64,000 nt of DNA from positions 62,001 to 126,000 of the IMG/VR virus record IMGVR_UViG_3300037010_003311, one strand, 5' to 3'. Below the pieces are notes generated by a model. That model was not told the origin of the DNA, searched no databases, and saw nothing but the letters and a program-made list of their open reading frames with translations. Position 1 is the first letter of the stretch. Each line of letters begins with the position of its first letter. The translations under genes and the position numbers were made by a program. Below, one piece after another: positions 18,750-28,357 of this stretch.

Positions 18750-19013
18750 ATGAATAATAATCTAGATAAAATTGCATCTAAGAACCAAACTAAACGATTG
18801 GTGCTTATTAATGGTTTAGGAGATACCGAAGTAGATTATATTTTGGAAGATGATAACATCGATAATGCAATCTATTATCTTTTATGCGCGAGGAACCATT
18901 TAATTGAACATAGTGATTTTCCATTAACCGCTTTAACTAGATTAGAGATTGCAGCAGCTGCAATCAGCCAAGCAATAATGGAAGTGGAAGCTAAAACAAT
19001 TTTCAGGACATGA
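18750..19013 (+). CDS. Hypothetical protein within RNAP cluster
   Basis: 87 aa, RBS AAGGG. Confidence 0.7.
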   Translation: MNNNLDKIASKNQTKRLVLINGLGDTEVDYILEDDNIDNAIYYLLCARNHLIEHSDFPLTALTRLEIAAAAISQAIMEVEAKTIFRT

Positions 19014-19025
19014 GGGAGATAAAGA

Positions 19026-20300
19026 ATGAATTTAATACCAACTAAAGTGAGAACCGTATCCAATTCGGAATGGTACGCTATCCCAGATTTTAGAAAGGAT
19101 GATCATTATAAAGTACTAGATATATTAAACGATATGTTTAAAAAGTTATCTAATTATTTTAACATCACTTATAAAATTGATTTTATAAATAAACTTGATG
19201 ATGATAAAACTTACTTGAGCGAGTATGCTACATATATGAACTTGATAGTAATAAATCTTGCAGTAAATGGTGTACCAGAGAAACCTATAAAAATCCGTTA
19301 TCCAGCTTTAGTGAATGATAACTTCTTTATTATGAATGGTAGTATCTATGTACCACTTATGTTTTTAGAAAGAAGTCCGATCGATAGAATAAATGAAATA
19401 GATGAAACAACTGGTAAAAATATTGGCCGTATATTATTAAATATTTTACCATCATTTAATATTACATTTGATTTCGTGAATGAACGTATTCTTTATCGTG
19501 GTAAAAAAGCTATTACGACTAATATGTTTTTTAGTCTTATTTATAATAGGCCCGAAGATCAGGAGTATGTTAAATACCTCATTGATAATGGTATTATGAC
19601 AGATTTCTTTGATTCTGTTTCGGAAGAGGATATGAAAACATTTATTAAATCCTTCGATCTTAAATCACTAAACATTTTAAAAAATGAAGAACCAATCAGC
19701 ATTGTAGATTTCTTCGATGAGTTATTATTACTTGATTACTTTAAAGGAATGTTTGAAAAAATCTATGGTGTTAGTACCATTCGGGAGATCTTAAAAATTA
19801 TAGTCAATTACTATTTGAATGATACATTTATTGATATGTCTGATCTTAGAAATAGGCGTATAGTTGTTAATGAATATCTTATTAATCCTATATTTGAATA
19901 CTATTTAAGATTCCTGAGAAATATTACGGAGAAACATGACCCAGATGCGAAAAAAGTTTTTAGTCCTACTATGAATCCACAAGTTGTTATAACTAGTGGT
20001 TTTAGAGGTATGATGCATGGTGGTTCACATTATAATATTTCATTACCATATCCAACACCATTACTTTATAAGGTGTCTCAAAGCATTTATATTGTTGGGG
20101 AAAAGGTACCAAGAAGTTGGACGAGTAATCATCCAAGTGCTTATGGTAAAATATGCCCAATTTCGGTATCTGCTCAAAACATGGGAGAAAACCTAGTATT
20201 TACTAGTGATGTTCGTTTAGATAAATATGGCCTAATAGAAGGTACTAAAGCTATTTTAGTTGAGCGACAAGAGGATGATGTAGATGCACCCAAAACTTAA
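19026..20300 (+). CDS. rpoB: Multisubunit RNA polymerase beta N-terminal piece
   Basis: FFIMNGSIYVPLMFLERSP and HPSAYGKICPI match FIINGTERV..QLHRSP and HPTHYGRICPI. Confidence 0.85.
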   Translation: MNLIPTKVRTVSNSEWYAIPDFRKDDHYKVLDILNDMFKKLSNYFNITYKIDFINKLDDDKTYLSEYATYMNLIVINLAVNGVPEKPIKIRYPALVNDNFFIMNGSIYVPLMFLERSPIDRINEIDETTGKNIGRILLNILPSFNITFDFVNERILYRGKKAITTNMFFSLIYNRPEDQEYVKYLIDNGIMTDFFDSVSEEDMKTFIKSFDLKSLNILKNEEPISIVDFFDELLLLDYFKGMFEKIYGVSTIREILKIIVNYYLNDTFIDMSDLRNRRIVVNEYLINPIFEYYLRFLRNITEKHDPDAKKVFSPTMNPQVVITSGFRGMMHGGSHYNISLPYPTPLLYKVSQSIYIVGEKVPRSWTSNHPSAYGKICPISVSAQNMGENLVFTSDVRLDKYGLIEGTKAILVERQEDDVDAPKT

Positions 20301-21165
20301 AAATATTTTAGAATTTAGTTATAAGTATAGTAATATTTATGACTGTTCTACGCCAAGTTTTGGCCCTTATGATTATCAGCTTTTAGAAAAAAAATTATCT
20401 GAAAATATGGATAACTATCGCGATGTGTATACTATGATGGCAAATACACTTTTTGGTGATGGCGAAAATATAAATATTTTAGAAGTTTTAAATTATGCTG
20501 TTATGCATAGTGCTCTCCAATATAATTTTTGGTATGGTTCTCCAGATTATAAACCATTTAATAGTGGTATAATAACCGAGTATATAATTGGAAAAGATTA
20601 CCAGAAACTAGAGGATATTATAAAAAATAGTGTTATTGGTTTTATACCAGATCGATTAGAAACCTTAAATAATTTAAGAACTTTATTGAGCAATGGTTAT
20701 TTAGAATCGCGGTTTTTCGCAAAAAATTTTAATCTCCACGATTTTATAGATTTTTTATTAGAACAAAAATGTTTTAATAATGATCCACTGTTTAAAAAAG
20801 GTATCTTAGTTATAATGGAGGTTAGACGTATACTTGACCATTGGCCAAATAAGGATGATAGTATTTATCGAAAGCTGGATAAAACTTTCGACACCGTAGA
20901 AATATCGACTTATCCAATCCCGGCCGATTACCGAATCCCGGAATACTTAGCAAGCGTCGGAGCTCAAACCGAGACTCTAAATAAATATGTAATCGAAAAT
21001 AGTATTGAAGAAATAGGCATTCGAACAACTTCAATACGTTTAATAAACGAATTACATCAAATAAGTAAACTTCCAACCTATGTCCTAGATTCATTAATCT
21101 TTATAGATCATAAAGTTAATAAATCAGAATCCAAACATCATCTTTGTATGACAACTAACTATTAA
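20284..21165 (+). CDS. Queuosine-salvage Qng1/DUF2419-like N-glycosylase/hydrolase
   Basis: ALQYNFW, DPLFKKGIL, PADYRIPEYL, EEIGIRTTSI, VLDSLIF and C-terminal HHLCMTTNY follow the order and spacing of the DUF2419 motifs (NFcFW, KRAQ, ADYrvP, EveIR, iD..lW, hHrtr..yY). Confidence 0.75.
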   Translation: MHPKLKNILEFSYKYSNIYDCSTPSFGPYDYQLLEKKLSENMDNYRDVYTMMANTLFGDGENINILEVLNYAVMHSALQYNFWYGSPDYKPFNSGIITEYIIGKDYQKLEDIIKNSVIGFIPDRLETLNNLRTLLSNGYLESRFFAKNFNLHDFIDFLLEQKCFNNDPLFKKGILVIMEVRRILDHWPNKDDSIYRKLDKTFDTVEISTYPIPADYRIPEYLASVGAQTETLNKYVIENSIEEIGIRTTSIRLINELHQISKLPTYVLDSLIFIDHKVNKSESKHHLCMTTNY

Positions 21166-21179
21166 AAAGGAAAATAATT

Positions 21180-21851
21180 ATGGAAAACACACAAGCATCA
21201 CAACAATTCACAGGAACATTTCGTTATGGTTTAGTAGCAATTTCAAAAGCTGGAAAAGAATATTTTACAGGAGTTGTAGGCTTTACTAATGCCTCAGGTG
21301 GTCAAGATCAATACAAAGTTACAAGCTTTGATAAAAATACAGTTGCTTATGCTAAACAGTATGGAGCATATAATGAAAATAAAATGGCTCTTAGTGGTAA
21401 AAATGTTACACTAACAAGTAAATCTGGTTTCGCTTTAAGTTCTTATTCTAATAAATATGAACTACTTTTTGAAACCATGGATATTGAGGGTTGCCCATTC
21501 CAAGCTCCAGCTGAAGCACCACAAGGTTATTCTGCTCCAACAATGGGTATCCAAGCTCCAACTGTAGGTATGGGATTGCCACAGCCAGGCATGATGGCCG
21601 CTCCACAAATGGCTGCTCCACAAATGGCTGGGATGGCTGCTCCACAAATGCCAGGTATGATGGCTGCTCCACAAATGCCAGGTATGATGGCTACGCCAGG
21701 TATGATGACTGCACCAGTTGAAATGCAACAACCGGCTCCTATGCAACAACCTGCGGCAATGACTGCTCCAGTTGAAATGCAACAACCTGCGGCAATGACT
21801 GCTCCAGCTGTACCAGGTATGATGCCTGCACCACAAATTCCAGGGATGTAA
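21180..21851 (+). CDS. Putative ssDNA-binding (OB-fold-like) protein with M/A/P/Q-rich repeat tail
   Basis: About 105-aa beta-rich aromatic N-domain then low-complexity tail; strong RBS. Confidence 0.45.
   Translation: MENTQASQQFTGTFRYGLVAISKAGKEYFTGVVGFTNASGGQDQYKVTSFDKNTVAYAKQYGAYNENKMALSGKNVTLTSKSGFALSSYSNKYELLFETMDIEGCPFQAPAEAPQGYSAPTMGIQAPTVGMGLPQPGMMAAPQMAAPQMAGMAAPQMPGMMAAPQMPGMMATPGMMTAPVEMQQPAPMQQPAAMTAPVEMQQPAAMTAPAVPGMMPAPQIPGM
21591..21810 (+). repeat. Coding tandem repeats (MAAPQ x4; MTAPVEMQQPA x2)
   Basis: GCTCCACAAATG repeated four times; GCACCAGTTGAAATGCAACAACC-type unit twice. Confidence 0.9.
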
Positions 21852-21863
21852 ATAACTTATTTA

Positions 21864-21893
21864 GGGGGGGGTACAGTTATTGTACCTCTTTTT
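21864..21893 (+). terminator. Intrinsic terminator
   Basis: GGGGGTACA-GTTAT-TGTACCTC stem followed by TTTTT. Confidence 0.8.
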
Positions 21894-21930
21894 ATACCTA
21901 AAAATATAAATTAAAGTTTAAAGGAAATAA

Positions 21931-23907
21931 ATGAGTATTGTTAGTCCCCAAATTGAGGTATTTGAACCATTTTCCTCTAACACTGATGCTAGTAGAACAA
22001 ACATGAGTTCAAAGCAGTTACTACAGGTTATTGTTGCTGAAGGTACCGAGATACCATACATTCTAAATAAAAACTATAAAGTTATGACGACCGTTAATTC
22101 ACCATTTGTAAAAATTGCTGAAGAAGATGGAGTAGTAATCTACAACAATAATAATCTTATTGGATATGTATATAAAGAAACAAAACGAATTACCTTTGAC
22201 CATTTACCAGATACTAAGAAAATGGTAAACAATAGCCTAACGCTGAAATATATAACCAAAGAGCCTAGATTTAAAAAGGGTGACGTCCTTTGGGATTATA
22301 CTAATCAAGATCCTGAAACGAATATGCCAAGAACTGGATATAGAGCAAACATTATGTATTCTAGCTTCTTTGGTTTTAATGCGGATGATGCAATGGTTAT
22401 ATCTGAAAGTTTTGCTGAGAGATGCCGCATAGATTATTCGGAAAAAATATTTATGCCTATAACACCGGAAATTAAATACATTATGAATGAAGGTAGGAAT
22501 AAGTATTTAACTGGACCAGATGAAATTACACCAAATAGTTTTTATATTCAATACAATAAAATCGATACATCTAAACATTTTTTAACCGAATTAATAAATG
22601 TAAATAATTCTGTTTCAAAATCAGCTAGTAAAATGGTTGAAGCGATTGCTGGTGGAAAAATTTTATCTTTAAAAATTCATAAGCTTTCAGATTTATCTTT
22701 CAATGAATTAAAAGCTAGATATGTTTATACTCCAACGTTAATTGATGAGATTGAGGTATTGTATAATGATCAAGCTGGAATTCATAAACATATTCTGGAT
22801 TCATTGCGGTTGTATATGCAAGAAGATGACGCTGAAGCTATTCATTCAAAACTGATTAAAAACTATTATTCAGTAACTGAGTTCAATGATATATTTATGA
22901 CGGATTTAGCGGATAATTATAAGATTGATAAAGACTCGATTGATATAGTTATCGAACTTGAAATTCATAAAGATCTACCAACTTGTACGGGTGATAAATT
23001 TACCAATCTATTTGCTGGTAAAGGAGTTGTCTCATTAATCATTCCTGACGAATTAATGCCGAGAGATGAAGCTAATGATCCAGCTGATATCATCTTTAAT
23101 CCACTTGGATTATTTGGTCGTAATAACTGGGGAACAGTTTTTGAAATGGCTTTAGCTAAGATAATAGAAGATGTTGAAGAAAACATTAATAATCGAACTC
23201 AAACCCTTAGACGATTAAAGTTTATTAATAAGCATTTTATTCGTCTATACGATGAAGACTACTATCATAACGTAGAACAACTTATCGAAAACTTTGATGA
23301 GCGGTTTGATGAGTTTAAACATCAAGTACAAACCAAAGGGTTTTTTCTATATGTTGAAAATTTTCCAAAAATAGCATATAATGATTTCATTAATGATTTT
23401 GTAAATCCATATGAGGCAACATTTAATGTCAATATAACTAAGAAAGAGAAAACTATCTTTTCAAAAGAGTTGATGCAATTTATGCGAGATAAAGGATTTA
23501 AAACAACTTTGTTTAACTCAGCTCAGGATATTGAACAAGATGTTTATTTTGGTCGTAATTATTATATGAAACTTTTCCATACTGCCTGGTCAAAATATAA
23601 TGCCGTTGGTTTTAGTTCAAGCTACTCACGTATAACTGGACAACCAGCACGGGGTCGTAAAAACAAAGGTGGTTTACATATCAGTTGGCAAACTTTTGCG
23701 GCATTACTTGGTTATAAAACTAAGAATGCAGTTCTAAAAGAATTCTACTCTATTAAAGCGGATGTTGCTATAGCTGATAAAAAGATTTTCATTAATAGTT
23801 TTATAAACAGTGGTGAATACATACTAAAAAACAAGTATTTCTCACAAACTAAGCAAACTTTGACTAATGCTTTGAAAATGATAGGGATGATTTTTAAGAG
23901 TGATTGA
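21931..23907 (+). CDS. rpoB: Multisubunit RNA polymerase beta C-terminal piece
   Basis: PFSSNTDASRTNMSSKQ, GFNADDAMVISES, GDKFTNLFAGKGVVS, DIIFNPLG, YMKLFH, YSRITGQP.RGR..KGG. Confidence 0.93.
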   Translation: MSIVSPQIEVFEPFSSNTDASRTNMSSKQLLQVIVAEGTEIPYILNKNYKVMTTVNSPFVKIAEEDGVVIYNNNNLIGYVYKETKRITFDHLPDTKKMVNNSLTLKYITKEPRFKKGDVLWDYTNQDPETNMPRTGYRANIMYSSFFGFNADDAMVISESFAERCRIDYSEKIFMPITPEIKYIMNEGRNKYLTGPDEITPNSFYIQYNKIDTSKHFLTELINVNNSVSKSASKMVEAIAGGKILSLKIHKLSDLSFNELKARYVYTPTLIDEIEVLYNDQAGIHKHILDSLRLYMQEDDAEAIHSKLIKNYYSVTEFNDIFMTDLADNYKIDKDSIDIVIELEIHKDLPTCTGDKFTNLFAGKGVVSLIIPDELMPRDEANDPADIIFNPLGLFGRNNWGTVFEMALAKIIEDVEENINNRTQTLRRLKFINKHFIRLYDEDYYHNVEQLIENFDERFDEFKHQVQTKGFFLYVENFPKIAYNDFINDFVNPYEATFNVNITKKEKTIFSKELMQFMRDKGFKTTLFNSAQDIEQDVYFGRNYYMKLFHTAWSKYNAVGFSSSYSRITGQPARGRKNKGGLHISWQTFAALLGYKTKNAVLKEFYSIKADVAIADKKIFINSFINSGEYILKNKYFSQTKQTLTNALKMIGMIFKSD

Positions 23908-25039
23908 TTTAACTGGGTTGAAATTGTTATACCCCGAAGCTGAACCGCGGCAAATTAAAGCCGCGGTTAAATACCAAGAAAAATTTTCTTTAACTTTGGA
24001 AAATTTAAAATGCTTAAACCCAGATTGTAACAGAATGCGAAAATGGGGAGATACAGTTTCTGGTTTTTATTACACTTGCTCAAAAGAATGTTTTAATAAA
24101 ACTAAATCGATTAGAGAAAATAAAAAGTTAGAAGCCAGAATCAAAACTAGTTTATCAAAATATGGAATTAAGAATGCGGCCAGTTTACAAACTATTAAAG
24201 AACTTAAAATCAAAAATAGTAGATTAAATTATAATTGTGATAGTCCAAATACCCTAGAATCTAAAATTTTAAAAACTAAAAAAACTTGTATTGATAAATA
24301 TGGTACAAGTTGTACGGCTCAGAGAATAGAAATTAAAACGATCATTATGAAAAATAATGTTAAACATAATGTTGACTTTTCGGCTCAACGGCATATTACT
24401 AATTTAAAATATTGGGGGAATAAAAACTTTTGGATTGATAATTTTATAACAAACGATAATCATTTTGATTATATAAAATGTATGTTATATTTTAATTGTA
24501 AACAACCAACTGTTCATAATCAAATTAAAAAACTTGGTATAAAATATACCAAGACCGCAGCAACTAGTTTACAAGAACAAGCTATAATACCATATTTAGA
24601 AAGCTTAGGTGTATCGGCGGTAGCAAATGAACGGGCCATAATACCAAATCAGGAACTAGATATTTGGATACCTAGCTTAAAACTTGCAATAGAATGGAAT
24701 GGTAGCTATTGGCATAGTTATCATGAAACCATAGGGACAGGACCTAAGCAGCTAGATTATGACTTTTGTAAGTACCGGCACCAACGAAAGGCTTTAGCCT
24801 GCTTGGAGGTGGGTATTCGGTTGCTTCAGTTATATGAAGATATGAACTTAAGCAATTGGAAAGAGCAAATAGATAAATTTATAGTTTATGATCCAGACAC
24901 TGGGATAGATATATATGACTTGGATTCTGGTTGCTATCCACTTAACCCAGATTTCGAAACACTAGAACCCGAAAGCCGAATGGTGCTCAAAAACCGCACT
25001 TTATGGAACGCAGGTAAAATTAAAATTAAAAGGAAATAA
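23900..25039 (+). mobile_element. Free-standing Hef-like (PD-(D/E)xK-type) homing endonuclease gene
   Basis: ELDIWIPSLKLAIEWNGSYWHS; shares WxNKNFWI...C..YF.C.Q.T.H.Q.KKL.I with 58525-59928; overlaps the rpoB C-piece stop. Confidence 0.75.
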
Positions 25040-25041
25040 AA

Positions 25042-26319
25042 ATGCAAGATATATTTGATACAAAAAATGAAATATATGCTATGAAACGTAAAGCTCTGGG
25101 TGGAGCAATTAACCAGCTTTTCAATACTGCTAAAACAGATAGTAAAATTGTAGGGCCTTTAGTAAAGTTAGTCGCACCACTTGGTTTAAATCTTTCGGTA
25201 TACGAGGATGAAGATCCAACTAAAACACTTTGGGAAAACATTGCTAAAAACCCATCGCTCAAGAATCTAAATAAGGTTATGAAAGATCTTCCATTAATCA
25301 ATGTTGTTAAAATTGGTAATATTATTTCTGAACTTTTAGTTGGTAAAAGAGATGCTACTAAAGCATTAGCCAATCGTACAGTTGCAGTAAACTACTTTAT
25401 TGCTGCAGTTACTGAGTTAAATGAATACTTCGCAGCTATTGGGGTTGATTATATTTTACCATTGCCGAATTTAACTAAGCGATATAAACGCCCAGTTGGT
25501 GTGGATGAAGCAATACGTGTAAAACCAAAAAGGAAAAAGAAAAGCTTACTTGGTGAAGCAGTACCAAATGATACAGTTACTTTAGAAACTACAATTGATC
25601 CGATTGTTGAAGCTAACCCAGAAGTTGTTATCCCAAAAATTAGTAGTCGCAACAGGGTTACAAATAATAAAAAACGTGAGCCGATAACTATAAAACAAAA
25701 AGTTCAAGTTGAAAAAATAAATATAGACCCAGTAATGGTTATCACAGATGAACCTTTACCAGAGATAGTGAAAGAAGAGACTATTTCGAAATCTATAGAT
25801 AATGGTAAGATAATAGAGGAACCACAAAGCAATAGAATTATTTTATTGAATTCATTTTTAGTTGGTAAAAAAGAGACTGGTGAACCAGCTAGAACAATGA
25901 GTTCATTAGCTAAAAAATGTGAATCAGATGAAGAGTTCTTTAATAAAATTACGACAACCAGTTACCGTAAACATATTACTAAAAAGTTCTTTGATTTACA
26001 TAAAGATTTATTTTTATCTTATAACCCAAATTCCGAGGAAATAATCTTTAGGAAATCTAAGAAAGATAAAACTGAATCAAAGGAAATGATTCATCCAAAT
26101 CAGGGTAGTTTTGAATTTGAACCAGATGATGAAACCAAAAAAATGATCGATCAATTGAAACCATTAAATGCTGAATATATGGCACCATTAGTAAATAAGG
26201 TAAGAGGAACCTATGATTTATTATATATAATAGATGACTACCCATTCATCATAGAAGAACCAGTAACCTTTAAAGAAAAAGTAAAAACTGTTTTTTCTAA
26301 AATTTTTAGATTAAAGTAG
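25042..26319 (+). CDS. Hypothetical protein
   Basis: 425 aa, RBS AAAGGA. Confidence 0.8.
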   Translation: MQDIFDTKNEIYAMKRKALGGAINQLFNTAKTDSKIVGPLVKLVAPLGLNLSVYEDEDPTKTLWENIAKNPSLKNLNKVMKDLPLINVVKIGNIISELLVGKRDATKALANRTVAVNYFIAAVTELNEYFAAIGVDYILPLPNLTKRYKRPVGVDEAIRVKPKRKKKSLLGEAVPNDTVTLETTIDPIVEANPEVVIPKISSRNRVTNNKKREPITIKQKVQVEKINIDPVMVITDEPLPEIVKEETISKSIDNGKIIEEPQSNRIILLNSFLVGKKETGEPARTMSSLAKKCESDEEFFNKITTTSYRKHITKKFFDLHKDLFLSYNPNSEEIIFRKSKKDKTESKEMIHPNQGSFEFEPDDETKKMIDQLKPLNAEYMAPLVNKVRGTYDLLYIIDDYPFIIEEPVTFKEKVKTVFSKIFRLK

Positions 26320-26327
26320 GAAAGTTT

Positions 26328-26672
26328 ATGAAATTAGATGAACAATATTCAATTACCAATGACGAAAATAATTTTAAGTTAATCGAGCATAAAATTAAGG
26401 GCGAAAAAGCTAAAAATATTGGGGAAGGTAGAGAAGTAGTTCAAGGGTATTATGGTACACTTGAAGCAGCTTTGACTGGGTATTTAAAACATTCTACGCG
26501 TTCTGATTTACCAGAAGATATCCAAGCATTAAGTGATAAGTTAGATTTAATTAATACTAATATAAAACGTTTTTGTAAAAGCATTGCAGTTTATAAAGGT
26601 AGAGATATTGATCTAGATAGTATTGAGCCAGAAGATATAACGGAAGTGGCACCCGTTATAGAAGATGATTGA
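26328..26672 (+). CDS. DUF5405-like phage protein
   Basis: YSITNDENNFKL...GYYGTLEAAL pattern. Confidence 0.5.
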   Translation: MKLDEQYSITNDENNFKLIEHKIKGEKAKNIGEGREVVQGYYGTLEAALTGYLKHSTRSDLPEDIQALSDKLDLINTNIKRFCKSIAVYKGRDIDLDSIEPEDITEVAPVIEDD

Positions 26673-26922
26673 TCTCCCAATAATAGGTGGTATTCTACTA
26701 ATTATTGGTGCGGTGCTTATTAGTGAAAAAGGTGATATGTATTTAGGAAGCATTATGTATATTTTAGCAGATATCTGCTGGATATTTATTGCTTATCAAA
26801 ACGAAGGTTTTAAACTTGGCACCGTTCTAGTAATAGTTGGTTCGATTTTTGGAATCAGAACTTTTTATAAGTTACACTATAATAAGTTTCATAGAAATCT
26901 TAATCGGGACATAAAGGAGTAA
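26665..26922 (+). CDS. Small 3-TM membrane protein (PnuC/SemiSWEET-like half transporter?)
   Basis: Three hydrophobic segments; ADICWIFIAY motif. Confidence 0.5.
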   Translation: MIDLPIIGGILLIIGAVLISEKGDMYLGSIMYILADICWIFIAYQNEGFKLGTVLVIVGSIFGIRTFYKLHYNKFHRNLNRDIKE

Positions 26923-26923
26923 A

Positions 26924-28168
26924 ATGGTACTTTCGCAGGATAATATAAAAACATTTTCATGCCATCTTAAAACAATGGGGGCTTATGTTCAGCAGCCTAA
27001 CCCAGCAATTGTTGGGTTAAGTGATTTCCAGGTTATTGGTAGTCAGGATGCAAGATCGCTATATCCAACGATTATGATTTTATGCAACATTGGTTACGAA
27101 ACATTATATGCAAGATTGTATGATACAAATATTGTTGGTAAGATGATTGGTTATATAAAACATTCATTTAACGACAAAAAGAACGTTGACCCAGCAGTGG
27201 CAGGTTTCAAGAATGCTTTACAGATATTAGTGAAAAACTATACAAACCGTAACGATATCCTAAAGAAAAAAGAATTCCAAGAGTTTACAGTTGATTATTA
27301 TTGTAAACTTTTTAAAACGATAATTTCATATCCTGGAAAAATAGAAGATATTTTTTCTCCCAAAGATGATGAAACATACTTTCTATTAAAGAGCTGCCTA
27401 TTTCCAATACTGGAAGCTATTACTTGGCTTCATGAAAATAATCGTGGTTATAATGCAACTTGTATTGATTGGGTATTTTATAATTCTGGATTTGCGAATA
27501 AATACAAGGGGCAAACATTTTATGTCTTTGAACATATAAATTCGGTTAAAACTAAGTTAGTTGAATATAGTATAGATACCATCAGTAGTTTATTAAATAC
27601 ATATCTGGTTAACCCATACGGTACTCTGTTTTATAGACACAATGATAAAAAATCATTCGAGGTTGATCTAATTATCAAAGGTATGGGTGACCGCGGTTTT
27701 ATTAAAGATCAAGGGTTGATTCTAAAAGCGATTAAATCTAAATGGAATTCTGTACCAGAATCATTAAAACGTGGTTTAAGTATTGCTGGCCATATAGATG
27801 AAACGGTTGCTAATGACCTAGTTAGTTTGGTTGGTGACTCGGATGAAAAAATGAGAGTTAAGCAACTTAATAACTTATTGTCTATTATTATGGGTACAGA
27901 TGGTATTAATGATTTAGATATTCTAGCCAAAAAAATTGAAGTAATTATCTCACAGAAAAACAATGCTAGTAATGGGGTTAAAACAACTTTGAATACCGGA
28001 TATGGTATATATGCTATGACTATTTGGGAATATGGAAATGCACTTATTGCAAACAGTATTACCAACGCTGGTAAGATTTATGGTATTAAGTTATTCCAGC
28101 AGATAGCGAGTAACATATTAACTGAAGAGCAGAACAACATTTCAAAAACGGTTGGCAATGTTGCGTAG
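26924..28168 (+). CDS. Family B DNA polymerase, central fragment (motifs A and B only)
   Basis: GAYV..P...SQDARSLYPTIM..NIGYET (motif A) and KTTLNTGYG...NSITNAG (motif B); no exonuclease domain and no YGDTDS motif C. Confidence 0.88.
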   Translation: MVLSQDNIKTFSCHLKTMGAYVQQPNPAIVGLSDFQVIGSQDARSLYPTIMILCNIGYETLYARLYDTNIVGKMIGYIKHSFNDKKNVDPAVAGFKNALQILVKNYTNRNDILKKKEFQEFTVDYYCKLFKTIISYPGKIEDIFSPKDDETYFLLKSCLFPILEAITWLHENNRGYNATCIDWVFYNSGFANKYKGQTFYVFEHINSVKTKLVEYSIDTISSLLNTYLVNPYGTLFYRHNDKKSFEVDLIIKGMGDRGFIKDQGLILKAIKSKWNSVPESLKRGLSIAGHIDETVANDLVSLVGDSDEKMRVKQLNNLLSIIMGTDGINDLDILAKKIEVIISQKNNASNGVKTTLNTGYGIYAMTIWEYGNALIANSITNAGKIYGIKLFQQIASNILTEEQNNISKTVGNVA

Positions 28169-28181
28169 GGATTTCAATGGG

Positions 28182-28233
28182 TTATTTCTATAGTAAAATT
28201 CTAAATAAATATTTAGAGTTAACATAGAAATAA
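28182..28233. repeat. Imperfect palindrome carrying two ATAGAAAT-type motifs in opposite orientation
   Basis: TTATTTCTAT...AATTCTAAATA-AA-TATTTAGAGTT...ATAGAAATAA. Confidence 0.7.
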
Positions 28234-28287
28234 TTATATTGAAATTAAATTAAAAGGCGGTGTATCGTGTATGATACAATAATAGTA

Positions 28288-28324
28288 ATTAATGATGGTA
28301 AGTGGTAACACTACCGTCATTAAT
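28288..28324 (+). terminator. Long hairpin with GUAA tetraloop
   Basis: ATTAATGATGGTA(A)GTG-GTAA-CAC-TACCGTCATTAAT, 16 bp including one wobble pair; no U-tract. Confidence 0.45.
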
Positions 28325-28357
28325 CTTATATTTAATTTAAAAAATAAAGGATAAAGA

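Noticed and set aside
21448-21836. Antisense ORFs with HHTW/VEQP repeats
   Set aside because: Reverse-frame images of the MAAPQ coding repeat
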